Shown: positions 1-9,708 of the stretch, piece by piece
Position numbering within the stretch: the first letter of the stretch is position 1
Layout: every line of letters begins with the position of its first letter
Source of the DNA: Candidatus Latescibacterota bacterium
Lineage (GTDB): Bacteria > Latescibacterota > UBA2968 > UBA8231
Direction of reading: 5' to 3'
NCBI GenBank assembly: GCA_965221775.1
Contig: CBDCSU010000006.1
Coordinates: 320,001 to 384,000 of the forward strand
Length of the DNA: 64,000 nt
Notes under the pieces: generated by a model
What the model saw: only the letters and a program-made list of their open reading frames with translations
The model's database searches: none
Told to the model about the DNA's origin: nothing
Made by a program: the position numbers and the translations under genes

Positions 1-624
1 ATTCTCTCGACCATTGGTTTCGGGTGAGGACAGGAGTGATCGGATTCTGCCCCGTCGGCGGCGGGCCAGGGCGATCTCGGCGGCGCCCAAGAGCAGGAGC
101 CACGCCAGGCCACCCAGCACCGCCCACCAGGCCGCCGCCGGCCCGGCTCCCGCGGCGGCGGCGCAGGGCAGGGCGACGGCCGCCGTGAGGGCGTGGAGCA
201 GGAGGACCGCCCGGGTGCGGTCGAAGCCGGCGGCCACCAGCCGGTGGCTGACGTGGCGGTTGTCGCCGACCCACGGCGCCGCCCCCCGGCGCACCGGCGG
301 CGCCGGTGATCAGGATGCGTTTACGGTCAGCCATTCTCTCGACCATTGGTTTCGGGTGAGGACAGGAGTGATCGGATTCTGCCCCGTCGGCGGCGGGCCA
401 GGGCGATCTCGGCGGCGCCCAAGAGCAGGAGCCACGCCAGGCCACCCAGCACCGCCCACCAGGCCGCCGCCGGCCCGGCTCCCGCGGCGGCGGCGCAGGG
501 CAGGGCGACGGCCGCCGTGAGGGCGTGGAGCAGGAGGACCGCCCGGGTGCGGTCGAAGCCGGCGGCCACCAGCCGGTGGCTGACGTGGCGGTTGTCGCCG
601 ACCCAAGGCGCCGCCCCCCGGCGC
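1..624. repeat. Tandem duplication, period 332 bp (1-292 repeated at 333-624)
   Basis: ATTCTCTCGACCATTGG... starts at 1 and again at 333. The copies match for about 292 bp with one visible mismatch (ACCCACGG vs ACCCAAGG). Confidence 0.95.
293..334 (-). pseudogene. Truncated 5' end of an NAD-dependent epimerase/dehydratase (MADRKRILITGAAG)
   Basis: ATG at 334 overlaps the end of the upstream transferase gene. Rossmann start ILITGAAG is cut at the duplication junction. Confidence 0.7.
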
Positions 625-1526
625 AGCCGCAGCCAGACGACGGTGACCAGGTCGTACGCCGGCAGCCCGAAGGGCAGCAGCGGCAGCAGCAGCAAGGGAG
701 CGGCGGAGAGGCCGGTGGCCGCCCCCGCCAGCTGCGAGCTGAGGGACACGGAGACGGCTCCGGACAGGAAGCCGAGGAGCAGCCCCCCGGCGTCGCCCAG
801 GAAGATCGAGGCGGCCGGGAAGTTGTGGACCAGGAAGCCGCCCGAGGCCCCGGCCGAGGCCAGGCAGAGAGCGGCCAGGGGCAGGTGTCCGGCGGCCAGG
901 GCGAGGGCGGCGCAGGCGCCCAGTCCGAGGACGGCCAGACCCGCGGCCAGGCCGTCCATGTTGTCGAGGAAGTTGAAGGCGTTGGTCAGGGCCACGATCC
1001 ACAGAATGCTCAGCACCGCGGCCAGCGCCGTGCTTCCGCCCGGGGCCGCCAGGCGGAACCCCGGCACCCAGAGGACGATCGCCGCTCCGAGGGCGGCCTG
1101 CACGCCCAGGCGCAGGGCCGGCGGCAGGGGCCGGCGGTCGTCGGCCAGGCCGAGGAGCATGATCGCCGTGGCCGCCCCGAGCAGGCACAGGACCTGGCTC
1201 ACCTCGCGGACCGTGGGGCTCCAGCTCTCCAGGGGGAAGAAGGCGTACGGCGCCCAGGGGCCGATCCACCCGACCCCGTCGTGGATCAGGTCGGGGCGGG
1301 CGGCGGCGAGCCAAGCGGCGGCGGCGCCGAGGGGGATGCAGGCGCCGACCCAGATGGCGAGTCCGCCGCCGCAGGGTGTGGTGCGGCTGTGGGTCTTGTA
1401 GTCGGCGTCCTGCGGGTCGTCCACCAGGCCGGCGCGCAGGGCCAGGCGGCGGACGGCAGGCACCGCCGCCGACGCCAGGAGCAGGGCGCCGAGGGCGTAC
1501 GCGGACAGCAGGAGCAGGGGGGTCAA
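327..1526 (-). CDS. MraY/WecA-family undecaprenyl-phosphate sugar-1-phosphate transferase (glycosyltransferase family 4)
   Basis: Multi-TM protein with GLADD, NAFNFLDNMDGL, FLGDAG and HVSHRL motifs. TTG start at 1526 is inferred. Confidence 0.9.
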   Translation of the reverse strand: MTPLLLLSAYALGALLLASAAVPAVRRLALRAGLVDDPQDADYKTHSRTTPCGGGLAIWVGACIPLGAAAAWLAAARPDLIHDGVGWIGPWAPYAFFPLESWSPTVREVSQVLCLLGAATAIMLLGLADDRRPLPPALRLGVQAALGAAIVLWVPGFRLAAPGGSTALAAVLSILWIVALTNAFNFLDNMDGLAAGLAVLGLGACAALALAAGHLPLAALCLASAGASGGFLVHNFPAASIFLGDAGGLLLGFLSGAVSVSLSSQLAGAATGLSAAPLLLLPLLPFGLPAYDLVTVVWLRLRRGAAPWVGDNRHVSHRLVAAGFDRTRAVLLLHALTAAVALPCAAAAGAGPAAAWWAVLGGLAWLLLLGAAEIALARRRRGRIRSLLSSPETNGRENG

Positions 1527-1605
1527 GGCACTCCGGATCTGGCGACGGGTTGGCGGGGAGGGGCTTATTATACCACCCCACCCGAGCCGCGGACAGGAGG
1601 CGTGC

Positions 1606-2841
1606 ATGCTGGCCATCGACGGCGGAAAGCCCCTTCGAGAGACTCCCTTCCCGCCCCGCGCCCTGTTCGGCGCCGCCGAGAGAGACGCCGCCCTGCGGCT
1701 CTTCGACGGGGCGGTCGAAAGCGGATCCCCCATCGGCTACGGCGGCCCCGAGGAGCAGGCCTACGAGGCCGAGTTCGCCGCCGCCCACGGAGGCGGCTTC
1801 GCCGACCTGGTGAACTCGGGCACCTCGGCGCTCTACGCCGCCCTCGGCGGGCTGGAGCTGGAGCCGGCCTCGGAAGTGGTGGTGCCGCCGATCAGCGACC
1901 CCGGGGGCGTCATGCCCGTGGCGCTGCTCAACCTGGTGCCCGTTGTGGCCGACGCCGCCCCCGGCAGCTTCAACGCCGGCCCCGAGCAGATCGAGGCGGT
2001 CCTGTCCCCGCGCACCCGGGCGATCGTGGTGGCCCACATCGCCGGGGAGCCGGCGGAGATGGGCGCCATCCTCGAGCTGGCCCGCGGCCGCGGCGTGCCG
2101 CTGATCGAGGACTGCGCCCAGGCCCACGGGGCCCGCTTCGGCGGGCGCATGGCCGGCACACTCGGCACGCTGGGGGTGTTCTCCACCATGAGCGGCAAGC
2201 ACCACGCCACCGGACCCCAGGGCGGGGTCGTGTTCACCGCCGACGAGGACCTCGGCTGGCGCTGCAAGCGCTTCGCCGACCGCGGCAAGCCCCTCGGCCT
2301 GGAGGGCGGCTCCTCCAACGTGCGCGCCGGTCTCAACCTCAACGGCAACGACCTGGCCGCGGCGGTGGGGCGGGTGCAGCTGCGGCGGCTGCCGGAGATC
2401 GTCGCCGGACGGCGCCGGGTGGCGCAGGCGGTCGCCGCGGGCCTGGAGTCGATCGGGGGCGTCGGCTGCGCCCCGGAGCTCCCGGGCGCCGAGGCCGTGT
2501 ACTGGTTCCAGCGTGTCCACGTAGATGGGGATCGATTCACCGTCGGCAAGGACCGCTTCGCCCGCGCCGTGGCCGCCGAGGGCATCCCGGTGAACCCGGC
2601 CTACCGGTTCCTGGTGGGCGAGGCCGAGTGGTTCCGCCGGCGGCGGGTCTTCCCGCCCGGCGACTATCCGTGGGGCCTGCCGGAGTACGGCGGCGACCGC
2701 AACGCGCAGTTCCCCTGCCCCAACGCCGTGGAGGCCGTGGAGAGCCACTTCTCCTTCGCCGTCCACGAGAACTGGGGCGAGGCGGAGGTGGCCGACACGG
2801 TCGCGGCGGTCGGCAAGGTGGCCGAGGCGTACGCGGCGTGA
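1606..2841 (+). CDS. DegT/DnrJ/EryC1/StrS PLP-dependent aminotransferase
   Basis: VNSGTSAL, IEDCAQAHGA, and a PLP lysine in FSTMSGKH. Confidence 0.9.
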   Translation: MLAIDGGKPLRETPFPPRALFGAAERDAALRLFDGAVESGSPIGYGGPEEQAYEAEFAAAHGGGFADLVNSGTSALYAALGGLELEPASEVVVPPISDPGGVMPVALLNLVPVVADAAPGSFNAGPEQIEAVLSPRTRAIVVAHIAGEPAEMGAILELARGRGVPLIEDCAQAHGARFGGRMAGTLGTLGVFSTMSGKHHATGPQGGVVFTADEDLGWRCKRFADRGKPLGLEGGSSNVRAGLNLNGNDLAAAVGRVQLRRLPEIVAGRRRVAQAVAAGLESIGGVGCAPELPGAEAVYWFQRVHVDGDRFTVGKDRFARAVAAEGIPVNPAYRFLVGEAEWFRRRRVFPPGDYPWGLPEYGGDRNAQFPCPNAVEAVESHFSFAVHENWGEAEVADTVAAVGKVAEAYAA

Positions 2842-2871
2842 GGGCTCCTGCCCCGGCGCCCGCGCACCGCT

Positions 2872-2900
2872 TTGACTCCCATTTGGCCCCCGAGTACCTT
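2872..2900 (+). promoter_or_regulatory. Putative sigma70 promoter
   Basis: TTGACT-17bp-TACCTT in an AT-richer gap upstream of the gene at 2952. Confidence 0.55.
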
Positions 2901-2951
2901 AGCCGTTCAGTCCAATTGCTAACTCCAGTAAAACCAGAAAGGTAGCGCTTC

Positions 2952-5900
2952 TTGAAGCCCTCCCTCCGGGTGGCTGCCGCCGTCCTTCTGCTCGCCGCCG
3001 CCGCCGGCGCCCAGTCGCGCAGCTTCCGAACCGATCACTTCATCATCACCTATGTCCCCGGTACCGAGCGCACCGCCCGGCGCGTGGCCGAGGTCGCCGA
3101 GGAGGTCTTCCCCCACCTGGCCTCCGCCTTCGGCTACTACGACGACTACGCGCCGATCCACATCCGCGTCCGCGACGACTCCGACTACGGCAACGGCGCG
3201 GCTTCCGACTACACCAACGATGTCTACATCTGGGCCTCCAACCTCGACTGGGAGATCCGCGGCGAGCACGACTGGATCCGCAACGTGCTCACCCACGAGA
3301 TCACCCACGTGATGACCATCGACAAGGCGCGCAAGAAGTGGCCCTTCCGCTTCGGCCTGGTGCAGGTCAGCCGCTTCGACTCCAACCCCGACATCTCCTT
3401 CAACTTTCCCCTCTATTACCTCAACACCCCCAAGTGGTGGATCGAGGGCATCGCCCAGATGGGTCCCTACGAGTTCGGCTGGGACACCTGGGACTCCCAC
3501 CGCGACATGATCCTGCGCATGGCGGTGCTCGAGGACGACCTCCACAGCTACAACGAGCTGGGGACCCTGAGCAACCGCACCGGCGGCTACCGCGCCGAGA
3601 TGGTCTACAACCAGGGGTTCGCCCTGTGCATCTACATCGCCCACCAGTACGGCCGCGACAAGCTCGACCAGCTCCAGGAGCACGTGGGCTTCCTGAGCTT
3701 CGAGGTCGCCATCCGGCGGGTCCTCGGCATATCGGCGGGCCAGCTCTACCGCGACTGGGTGCGGTTCCTCCGGGAGGAGTACGACAGGCAGGTCGACGGG
3801 ATCCTCACCGAGGGCTTCTTCGAGGGCACCGACCTGGGCGACGTCAACGGCGGCGTCCTCGACTACCACCCCGCGTACTCGCCGGACGGCCGCAAGCTGG
3901 CGTACATCAGCAGCGAGGACCGCGACTACCGCATCCCCCAGCTGATCATCTACGACCTGGATACCGGCAAGCGGCGCTCCCTCGACGGCTGGGTGGACAC
4001 GCGCGTCTCCTGGTCGCCCGACGGCGAGAAGGTCTACTTCCTGCGCAGCCGCCGCGGTCACAACGATCTGGCCGTGTACGACCTCGCCTCCGAGAAGGAG
4101 CACCGCCTCAGCGCCCGGCTGAGGGCCCGCGACCCCCACGTGAGCCCCGACGGCCGGCAGGTCGTCTTCACCCGGCTGCGGGACGGCAACTCGAACCTCT
4201 GCCTGATGGAGGTGGACGGCACCGGGCTGCGCCAGCTCACCGACTTCGAGGACGGCGCCCAGATCTACAGTCCGCGCTGGTCGCCCGACGGGGAGTGGCT
4301 GCTCTTCAGCATCTTCCGGGGGCAGGACCGGGACATCGCCATGATGCGCGCCGACAGCCCGGCCAAGCCCAAGGACTGGGGGCTGCGCGACCGCAAGCTC
4401 AAGGTCCGGAGCCCGGCCGCCGCCGACAGCGCCGCCGCCGATTCCGGGGCCGCCGCCAAGGGCGGCGCCTGGTCCGACAGCCTCAACTATCCCCCGGCCG
4501 ACTCCTCGGGCTTCCGCCTGGTGCTGGCCACGCGGGCCGACGAGCGCGACCCCTGGTGGCTGCCCGACGGCAGCGGCTTCGTCTTCGCCTCGGACCGCAG
4601 CGGCATCTTCAACCTCTACCGCCACGACCTCGCCTCCGGCGGCGTGGTGCAGATCACCAACGTCGTGGGCGGCGCCTTCACGCCCACCGTCTCCGCCGAC
4701 GGCCGCGTGGCCTATGCCGGCTACCACGCCAACGACTTCGACCTGCGCGAGTTCGAGCTCGGCGCCTTCGAGCGCGAGGTGGCCTGGCCCGCGCCGCTGG
4801 GGCGGGACTACCAGAGCAAGTTCGAGCTGCCCAAGCTGTCCGAGGAGTACTCCCTCAACCCGCCCTACGGTCGCCGCCTGTACGACTTCATCCCCTTGCT
4901 GCAGGTGGGGCCAACCTTCATCGGCAACCAGTTCGGCCTCAACCAGGTCAGCGCCGGCGCCTTCCTCCTGACCACCAACGTCTTCGGCGGGGACTTCATG
5001 GCCCAGGGGATCCTCGGCAAGAACTTCCGCAGAAGGACCGACCTGAACACCGACCTCCTGCTGCTCTACGAGCGCCGGCTGTTCCCCGCCCAGGGCAACA
5101 ACCTGGCCTTCAGCCCCTCCATGTACGCCTTCGCCCGCAGGCGCGAGATCGACTACGTCATCAGCACCGAGTCGAGGCGGGACACCGTCGTCGCGCCGGG
5201 GACCGTGTACGCCGTGACCAGCGACTCCACAGCCTTCCTCATCCCCGACGCGTCCCGGCACATCTACGATGTCGAGACCCGCAAGAACCTCTTCAAGGAT
5301 GTCTTCGACCTCGGTGGCTTCGGCCTCGAGATCCCCCTCGGACGGCGCAACCAGTTCATCCTCCAGTACCTGCGGCGGGACTACTCCGAGAGCTGGGACC
5401 TCGAACGGCGCCGCTACCAGTACCAGACCTTCGTCGTTCAGGACAGCATGGACATCTCCGGTTCCCTGCCCCCGGAGCTGGTCAAGCAGGACACCCTGCT
5501 CATCGGTCCCGACGATCCCCACACCTGGTACCGGGGGCTCGACTTCTTCGACGCCCACGACCTGAGCCTCGTCTGGCGCCACCGCTACCTGAAGCCGACG
5601 AAGGACTATCTCATCAACCCCACGGGGCGCGCCGCGACCCTGGTCTACCGCTACCGGAAGGCGGCCCTCGCCGACTCCCTCTACAGCCTGGGCGAGCAGT
5701 CCGCGCTCCTCGACACCCCCTTCGACATCTACTCCGCCAAACGGCGTCCGGTGACGCTCAACGAGTACGTCTTCTCATACACCGAGCGCATCGGCCTGCC
5801 TTTCTACAACCGCCTGTCCCTGGAGGTGCTGGGAGCCTACCACAACTTCCGCCTGAAGCCGGGTTTCGTGGAGGGCGGGGGTCCCTTCGAGGGCCGGTTC

Positions 5901-6446
5901 TACTGGCCCCTGCGCTACTACATCGGCGGCCGGAACTTCCTCAGCGGCTATCCCTACTTCTTCCGTTCGGGGTCCAAGCTCCTGTACGGGAGGGCCGCGT
6001 ACAGCTTCCCGATCCTGCGCCGGATGAACGCGAGTTTCCTCAACTTCACTTTCGCCAAGGCCTACGCCGAGATCTTCGCCGAGACCGGCATGGTCTCCAA
6101 CGACAACACCCTCTCCCTCGGCGACCTCGATCTCGACCCCCGCAACGCGGTGAGCGACTTCCTGCGCGTCCTCGAGGAGGACTACCTGTCCGACGTGGGC
6201 GCCGAGCTGCGTGTCGAGATGTTCACCAGCTACCAGATCCCCCTGCGGGCGTACGTGCAGGTGGCCCATCCCCTGAGCCGCAACCGGCTGCAGCGGGAGG
6301 CTGCCATGGAGGTGGGACTCGATCCCGAGGATCCCGACGCGCCGCCGAAGATCGACAAGTGGCGCTACTACTTCGGCCTGGGGTTCTTCCCCTCGGACCT
6401 GCTCTCCGCCGGAGAGCGGCTCACGCAGACGCGCCTCTTCGACTGA
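2952..6446 (+). CDS. Secreted/outer-membrane protein: gluzincin-like peptidase + TolB-like PD40 propeller + putative Omp85/BamA-like barrel
   Basis: Signal peptide; THEITH...WWIEGIAQ; repeated SPDG motifs; aromatic C-terminal strands with YIGG...LSGY and SDVGAELR. Confidence 0.8.
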   Translation: MKPSLRVAAAVLLLAAAAGAQSRSFRTDHFIITYVPGTERTARRVAEVAEEVFPHLASAFGYYDDYAPIHIRVRDDSDYGNGAASDYTNDVYIWASNLDWEIRGEHDWIRNVLTHEITHVMTIDKARKKWPFRFGLVQVSRFDSNPDISFNFPLYYLNTPKWWIEGIAQMGPYEFGWDTWDSHRDMILRMAVLEDDLHSYNELGTLSNRTGGYRAEMVYNQGFALCIYIAHQYGRDKLDQLQEHVGFLSFEVAIRRVLGISAGQLYRDWVRFLREEYDRQVDGILTEGFFEGTDLGDVNGGVLDYHPAYSPDGRKLAYISSEDRDYRIPQLIIYDLDTGKRRSLDGWVDTRVSWSPDGEKVYFLRSRRGHNDLAVYDLASEKEHRLSARLRARDPHVSPDGRQVVFTRLRDGNSNLCLMEVDGTGLRQLTDFEDGAQIYSPRWSPDGEWLLFSIFRGQDRDIAMMRADSPAKPKDWGLRDRKLKVRSPAAADSAAADSGAAAKGGAWSDSLNYPPADSSGFRLVLATRADERDPWWLPDGSGFVFASDRSGIFNLYRHDLASGGVVQITNVVGGAFTPTVSADGRVAYAGYHANDFDLREFELGAFEREVAWPAPLGRDYQSKFELPKLSEEYSLNPPYGRRLYDFIPLLQVGPTFIGNQFGLNQVSAGAFLLTTNVFGGDFMAQGILGKNFRRRTDLNTDLLLLYERRLFPAQGNNLAFSPSMYAFARRREIDYVISTESRRDTVVAPGTVYAVTSDSTAFLIPDASRHIYDVETRKNLFKDVFDLGGFGLEIPLGRRNQFILQYLRRDYSESWDLERRRYQYQTFVVQDSMDISGSLPPELVKQDTLLIGPDDPHTWYRGLDFFDAHDLSLVWRHRYLKPTKDYLINPTGRAATLVYRYRKAALADSLYSLGEQSALLDTPFDIYSAKRRPVTLNEYVFSYTERIGLPFYNRLSLEVLGAYHNFRLKPGFVEGGGPFEGRFYWPLRYYIGGRNFLSGYPYFFRSGSKLLYGRAAYSFPILRRMNASFLNFTFAKAYAEIFAETGMVSNDNTLSLGDLDLDPRNAVSDFLRVLEEDYLSDVGAELRVEMFTSYQIPLRAYVQVAHPLSRNRLQREAAMEVGLDPEDPDAPPKIDKWRYYFGLGFFPSDLLSAGERLTQTRLFD

Positions 6447-6466
6447 CGCCGGCGGAAGGGGCGCCC

Positions 6467-6595
6467 TTGGCCGAAGTCGACCTGCGGAAGCTGGCCCTGC
6501 GCTTGAAGGTCGTGGAGATGCTGCGCCTGCTCTCGGAGCGGAGAAAGCTGGCCGAAGCGGCCCGGTTCTGGCGCCGCCTCGTACGTCCGAACTGA
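6467..6595 (+). CDS. Putative 42-aa small protein
   Basis: TTG start after GGAAGG, 20 bp after the upstream stop; GC3-rich codons; helical sequence AEVDLRKLALRLKVVEMLRLL. Confidence 0.45.
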   Translation: MAEVDLRKLALRLKVVEMLRLLSERRKLAEAARFWRRLVRPN

Positions 6596-6653
6596 ACCAG
6601 CGGACAGATTCCGCCCCGGGGTCGGCGCCCGCGGCCGGCCTGGCCGCGCCGGA

Positions 6654-7184
6654 TCAGTCCGTCTGCCGAAGCCGCAGGAAGCCGACCAGCCGGCGGGCGT
6701 ATCCGATCGCCGACAGCAGCAGCAGGCCGGCCGTGATCCCCTGGAGCCACGAGGAGAGCGGCGGCTCTGCCGGCGCGGCCATGTACGCCAGGATCGTCAG
6801 GAACATCGCCCAAGTCGCCGCCTTTCCCGCCAGGCTCGGGCTCATGACACGGCGGCGGCGCAGCAGGACGGCGCCGGCTCCGAGGATGGCGGCATCCCTC
6901 ACCAGTTGCAGCAGCAGCAGCCAGGCCGGGAAGGACCGCCAGGCGACGAGGGCGCCGCAGACCGAGAGGATGAGGATCTTGTCCGCCACCGGGTCGAGGA
7001 TCCGCCCCAGGCGGGAGACCTGGTCGAGGCGGCGGGCGGCGATTCCGTCGAGGAGGTCGGTCGCGCCGGCGAGGCCGAGGAGGACCAGGGTGCCCGGGCC
7101 GGCCTGGCCGCCGTCCTCGCGGAGGCTGTAGAGGACCGCCGGCGCCAGGGCGATGCGCAGCAGGCTCAGGGCGTTGGCGAGCAT
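6654..7184 (-). CDS. pgsA: CDP-alcohol phosphatidyltransferase (PgsA-like)
   Basis: ANALSLLR and DLLDGIAARRLDQVSRLGRILDPVADK signature. Confidence 0.85.
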   Translation of the reverse strand: MLANALSLLRIALAPAVLYSLREDGGQAGPGTLVLLGLAGATDLLDGIAARRLDQVSRLGRILDPVADKILILSVCGALVAWRSFPAWLLLLQLVRDAAILGAGAVLLRRRRVMSPSLAGKAATWAMFLTILAYMAAPAEPPLSSWLQGITAGLLLLSAIGYARRLVGFLRLRQTD

Positions 7185-7305
7185 GGGCCGGCCCCCGGCC
7201 GAGTCAGATCTCGCGTGGCCCGGGGCGGGCCGGGGCGCCGCTCACCGCTGTCCCGGCACCGCCGCGGCGCAGCGTGCCGGAAGGCGCCGGGCGGCGGCGG
7301 CCCGA

Positions 7306-7587
7306 TCAGGCGCCATCGCCGGGATCCTCGTCGAGGGCCGCCTCGTCCTCGGCGTCGAGGAACTCCAGCTGGAAGTCGCCGCCGGCCTTCTCCACCAGCA
7401 CCTGGACGCGCTTGCGCGTCTCGTCCAGCAGGCGGGCGCAGGCCCGCGACGCGGCGATGCCGCGCTCGAAGACCTCCAGGGACTCGTCGAGGCCGAGCTC
7501 CCCCGACTCGAGGCGGGCGACGCAGTCCTCGAGCTGCTCCATGGCCTCCTCGAAGCTGGGGGCCGAATGCGGGCTCTCGCTGCTCAC
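7306..7587 (-). CDS. xseB: Exodeoxyribonuclease VII small subunit
   Basis: SFEEAMEQLEDCVARLESGELGLDESLEVFERG; GTG start overlaps the xseA stop. Confidence 0.95.
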   Translation of the reverse strand: MSSESPHSAPSFEEAMEQLEDCVARLESGELGLDESLEVFERGIAASRACARLLDETRKRVQVLVEKAGGDFQLEFLDAEDEAALDEDPGDGA

Positions 7588-8804
7588 GGGCTCTCCACCT
7601 CCTCCACCTGGCATCGCGCCGCTCCCTCGGAAAAGCGCAGGCGCAGGCGCTCCCCCGGCTGCAGCTCGGCGGCGGCGCGCACCCGGCGGCCGTCGCGCTC
7701 GCGCTGGCAATAGGCGAATCCTCCGGCGAGGCTGCGCAGGGGATTGCGCGCGTCGAGGCGCAGCAGGGACCGCTCGAAGCGGCCGCGGTGGGAACCCAGG
7801 CAGCCGTCGAGGGCGGCCGCCAGCCGGGCGCGGGACTCGTCGAGGGTCTGGGACCGCTGGTCGACGCCATCGGTCAGGCGGACGGCCAGCCGCCCGGGGC
7901 GCAAAGCCTCGAGGCGCTGGCGGTTGTGATCCAGGCGCGCCTGCACCGCCCGCAGCAGCCGCCCGCGCCGGTCGTCGAGACGCTCCCGCAGGAGGACGCG
8001 CTCGCGCGTGACCAGCTCGGCCGCCGCCGAAGGGGTGGAGGCGCGCACGTCGGCCACGTAATCGGCGATGGTGTGGTCGATCTCGTGGCCCACGGCGGTC
8101 ACCACGGGAAGGGCCGACGAGTGGATCGCCCGGGCCACGCTCTCGTCGTTGAAGGGCCACAGGTCCTCCGGCGAGCCCCCGCCGCGTCCGACGACGACGA
8201 CGTCGACGCCTCCGAAGCGGTTGAGCCGGTCGACGGCGGCGGCGATCTCGCCCGGCGCGCCCGCGCCCTGGACGCGCGCCGGCGCCAGCACCACGGGCAG
8301 GCCGGGCGCCCGGCGCCCCAGGACCTTGACGATGTCGCGGATGGCGGCCCCCGTCGGCGAGGTGACGACGCCCACGGCGCGGGGATAGTCCGGCAGGGGG
8401 CGCTTGTGCCGCGCCTCGAAGAGTCCCTCCTCCGCCAGGCGCGCGCGCAGTTGCTCGAAGGCCAGGGCGATCTCGCCGACGCCGGAGGGACGCAAGCGGT
8501 ACACGTAGAACTGGTAGCGTCCGCCACGCTCGTACACGGAGAGGTTGCCGTAGGCCAGGACCTTCATCCCCGGTTCCGGATCGAACCGGAGCTGCGAGGC
8601 GTAGGAGCGGAACATGACGCAGCCGAGCTGGCTGCGCTCGTCGGCCAGGCCCATGTAGATGTGCCCGGAAGCCGGCCGCGCCAGCTCCGAGATCTCCCCC
8701 TCCACCCAGCAGAAGGGCAGGGCCTCCTCCAGGGCCTGGCGGACGCGGGCGGTGACGTCGGAGACGCTGAGGGGGCCGGCGAGGGCCTCGGAGGCGCCGC
8801 TCAT
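7584..8804 (-). CDS. xseA: Exodeoxyribonuclease VII large subunit
   Basis: WVEGEIS...SGHIY, VTSPTGAAIRD, RGGGSPEDLWPFN, AVGHEIDHT. Confidence 0.97.
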   Translation of the reverse strand: MSGASEALAGPLSVSDVTARVRQALEEALPFCWVEGEISELARPASGHIYMGLADERSQLGCVMFRSYASQLRFDPEPGMKVLAYGNLSVYERGGRYQFYVYRLRPSGVGEIALAFEQLRARLAEEGLFEARHKRPLPDYPRAVGVVTSPTGAAIRDIVKVLGRRAPGLPVVLAPARVQGAGAPGEIAAAVDRLNRFGGVDVVVVGRGGGSPEDLWPFNDESVARAIHSSALPVVTAVGHEIDHTIADYVADVRASTPSAAAELVTRERVLLRERLDDRRGRLLRAVQARLDHNRQRLEALRPGRLAVRLTDGVDQRSQTLDESRARLAAALDGCLGSHRGRFERSLLRLDARNPLRSLAGGFAYCQRERDGRRVRAAAELQPGERLRLRFSEGAARCQVEEVESP

Positions 8805-8805
8805 C

Positions 8806-9621
8806 TCAGTCCTCGTCACCCACGTCGGCGGAGCCGGCGCCCGTGAGGGGCATCTGAAGGCGCTCGATGCCGGTGGCCATGCCGCTGGCGTCGTCCACCT
8901 CGATCAGGGCGCCGCAGAACCAGGGCACGCCGTCGGCCGGCTTGAAACGCGCCGGCACCTGGTTGAGGAACCGGCGGACGGCGATCTCGCTGCGCGTCCC
9001 GATGACCGAGTCGCGCACCCCCGTCATGCCGGCGTCCGTCAGGTAGGCCGTGCCCCGCGGCAGGAGGCGCTCGTCGGCGGTCTGCACGTGGGTGTGGGTT
9101 CCGATGACGGCCGACGCACGGCCGTCGAGATGGTAGCCGAGGGCGACCTTCTCCGCCGTGGCCTCGGCGTGGAAGTCGACGACCACGATCGGCGTCCGTC
9201 CCCTCAGCCGGTCGACCTCGGCCCGCCCGCGGGCGAAGGGGCAATCGATGGCGGGCATGAAGGTGCGCCCCTGCAGGTTGACGACGGCCACCGGCAGCCC
9301 GTTGCGCGCCTCGGCTACCGTCGATCCGCACCCGGGGGCCGCCACGGGGTAGTTCAGGGGCCGCAGGACCCGGTCGAGGGTGTCGAGGCGGCCGACGAAG
9401 TCGGCCCGGTTCCAGATGTGGTTTCCCGAGGTGATCACGTCGACGCCGTAGGCGTGGAGCTTGCGCCGGATGTTGTCTGTCAGGCCGAAGCCGCCCGCGG
9501 CGTTCTCGCCGTTGGCGATGCAGAACTGCACGTCCCGCTCCTGGATCAGCTTCGGGATGAACTCCGCCGCGGCCCGGCGGCCGGGGCGGGCGTAGATGTC
9601 GGCGACGAAGAGAATTCTCAA
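8806..9621 (-). CDS. ymdB: YmdB-like 2',3'-cyclic phosphodiesterase (TIGR00282 metallophosphoesterase)
   Basis: ANGENAAGG, TSGNHIW, DFHAEATAEK, GTHTHVQT; lies downstream of rny. Confidence 0.93.
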   Translation of the reverse strand: MRILFVADIYARPGRRAAAEFIPKLIQERDVQFCIANGENAAGGFGLTDNIRRKLHAYGVDVITSGNHIWNRADFVGRLDTLDRVLRPLNYPVAAPGCGSTVAEARNGLPVAVVNLQGRTFMPAIDCPFARGRAEVDRLRGRTPIVVVDFHAEATAEKVALGYHLDGRASAVIGTHTHVQTADERLLPRGTAYLTDAGMTGVRDSVIGTRSEIAVRRFLNQVPARFKPADGVPWFCGALIEVDDASGMATGIERLQMPLTGAGSADVGDED

Positions 9622-9708
9622 GCGAAGTCCCTGTGGGTCGGGTGCGGGCCCACCTGCCGTTGGACATCGGGGAGCGAAACCGGAAAGGTAAGCAGCGGGT
9701 CCGGCGGC

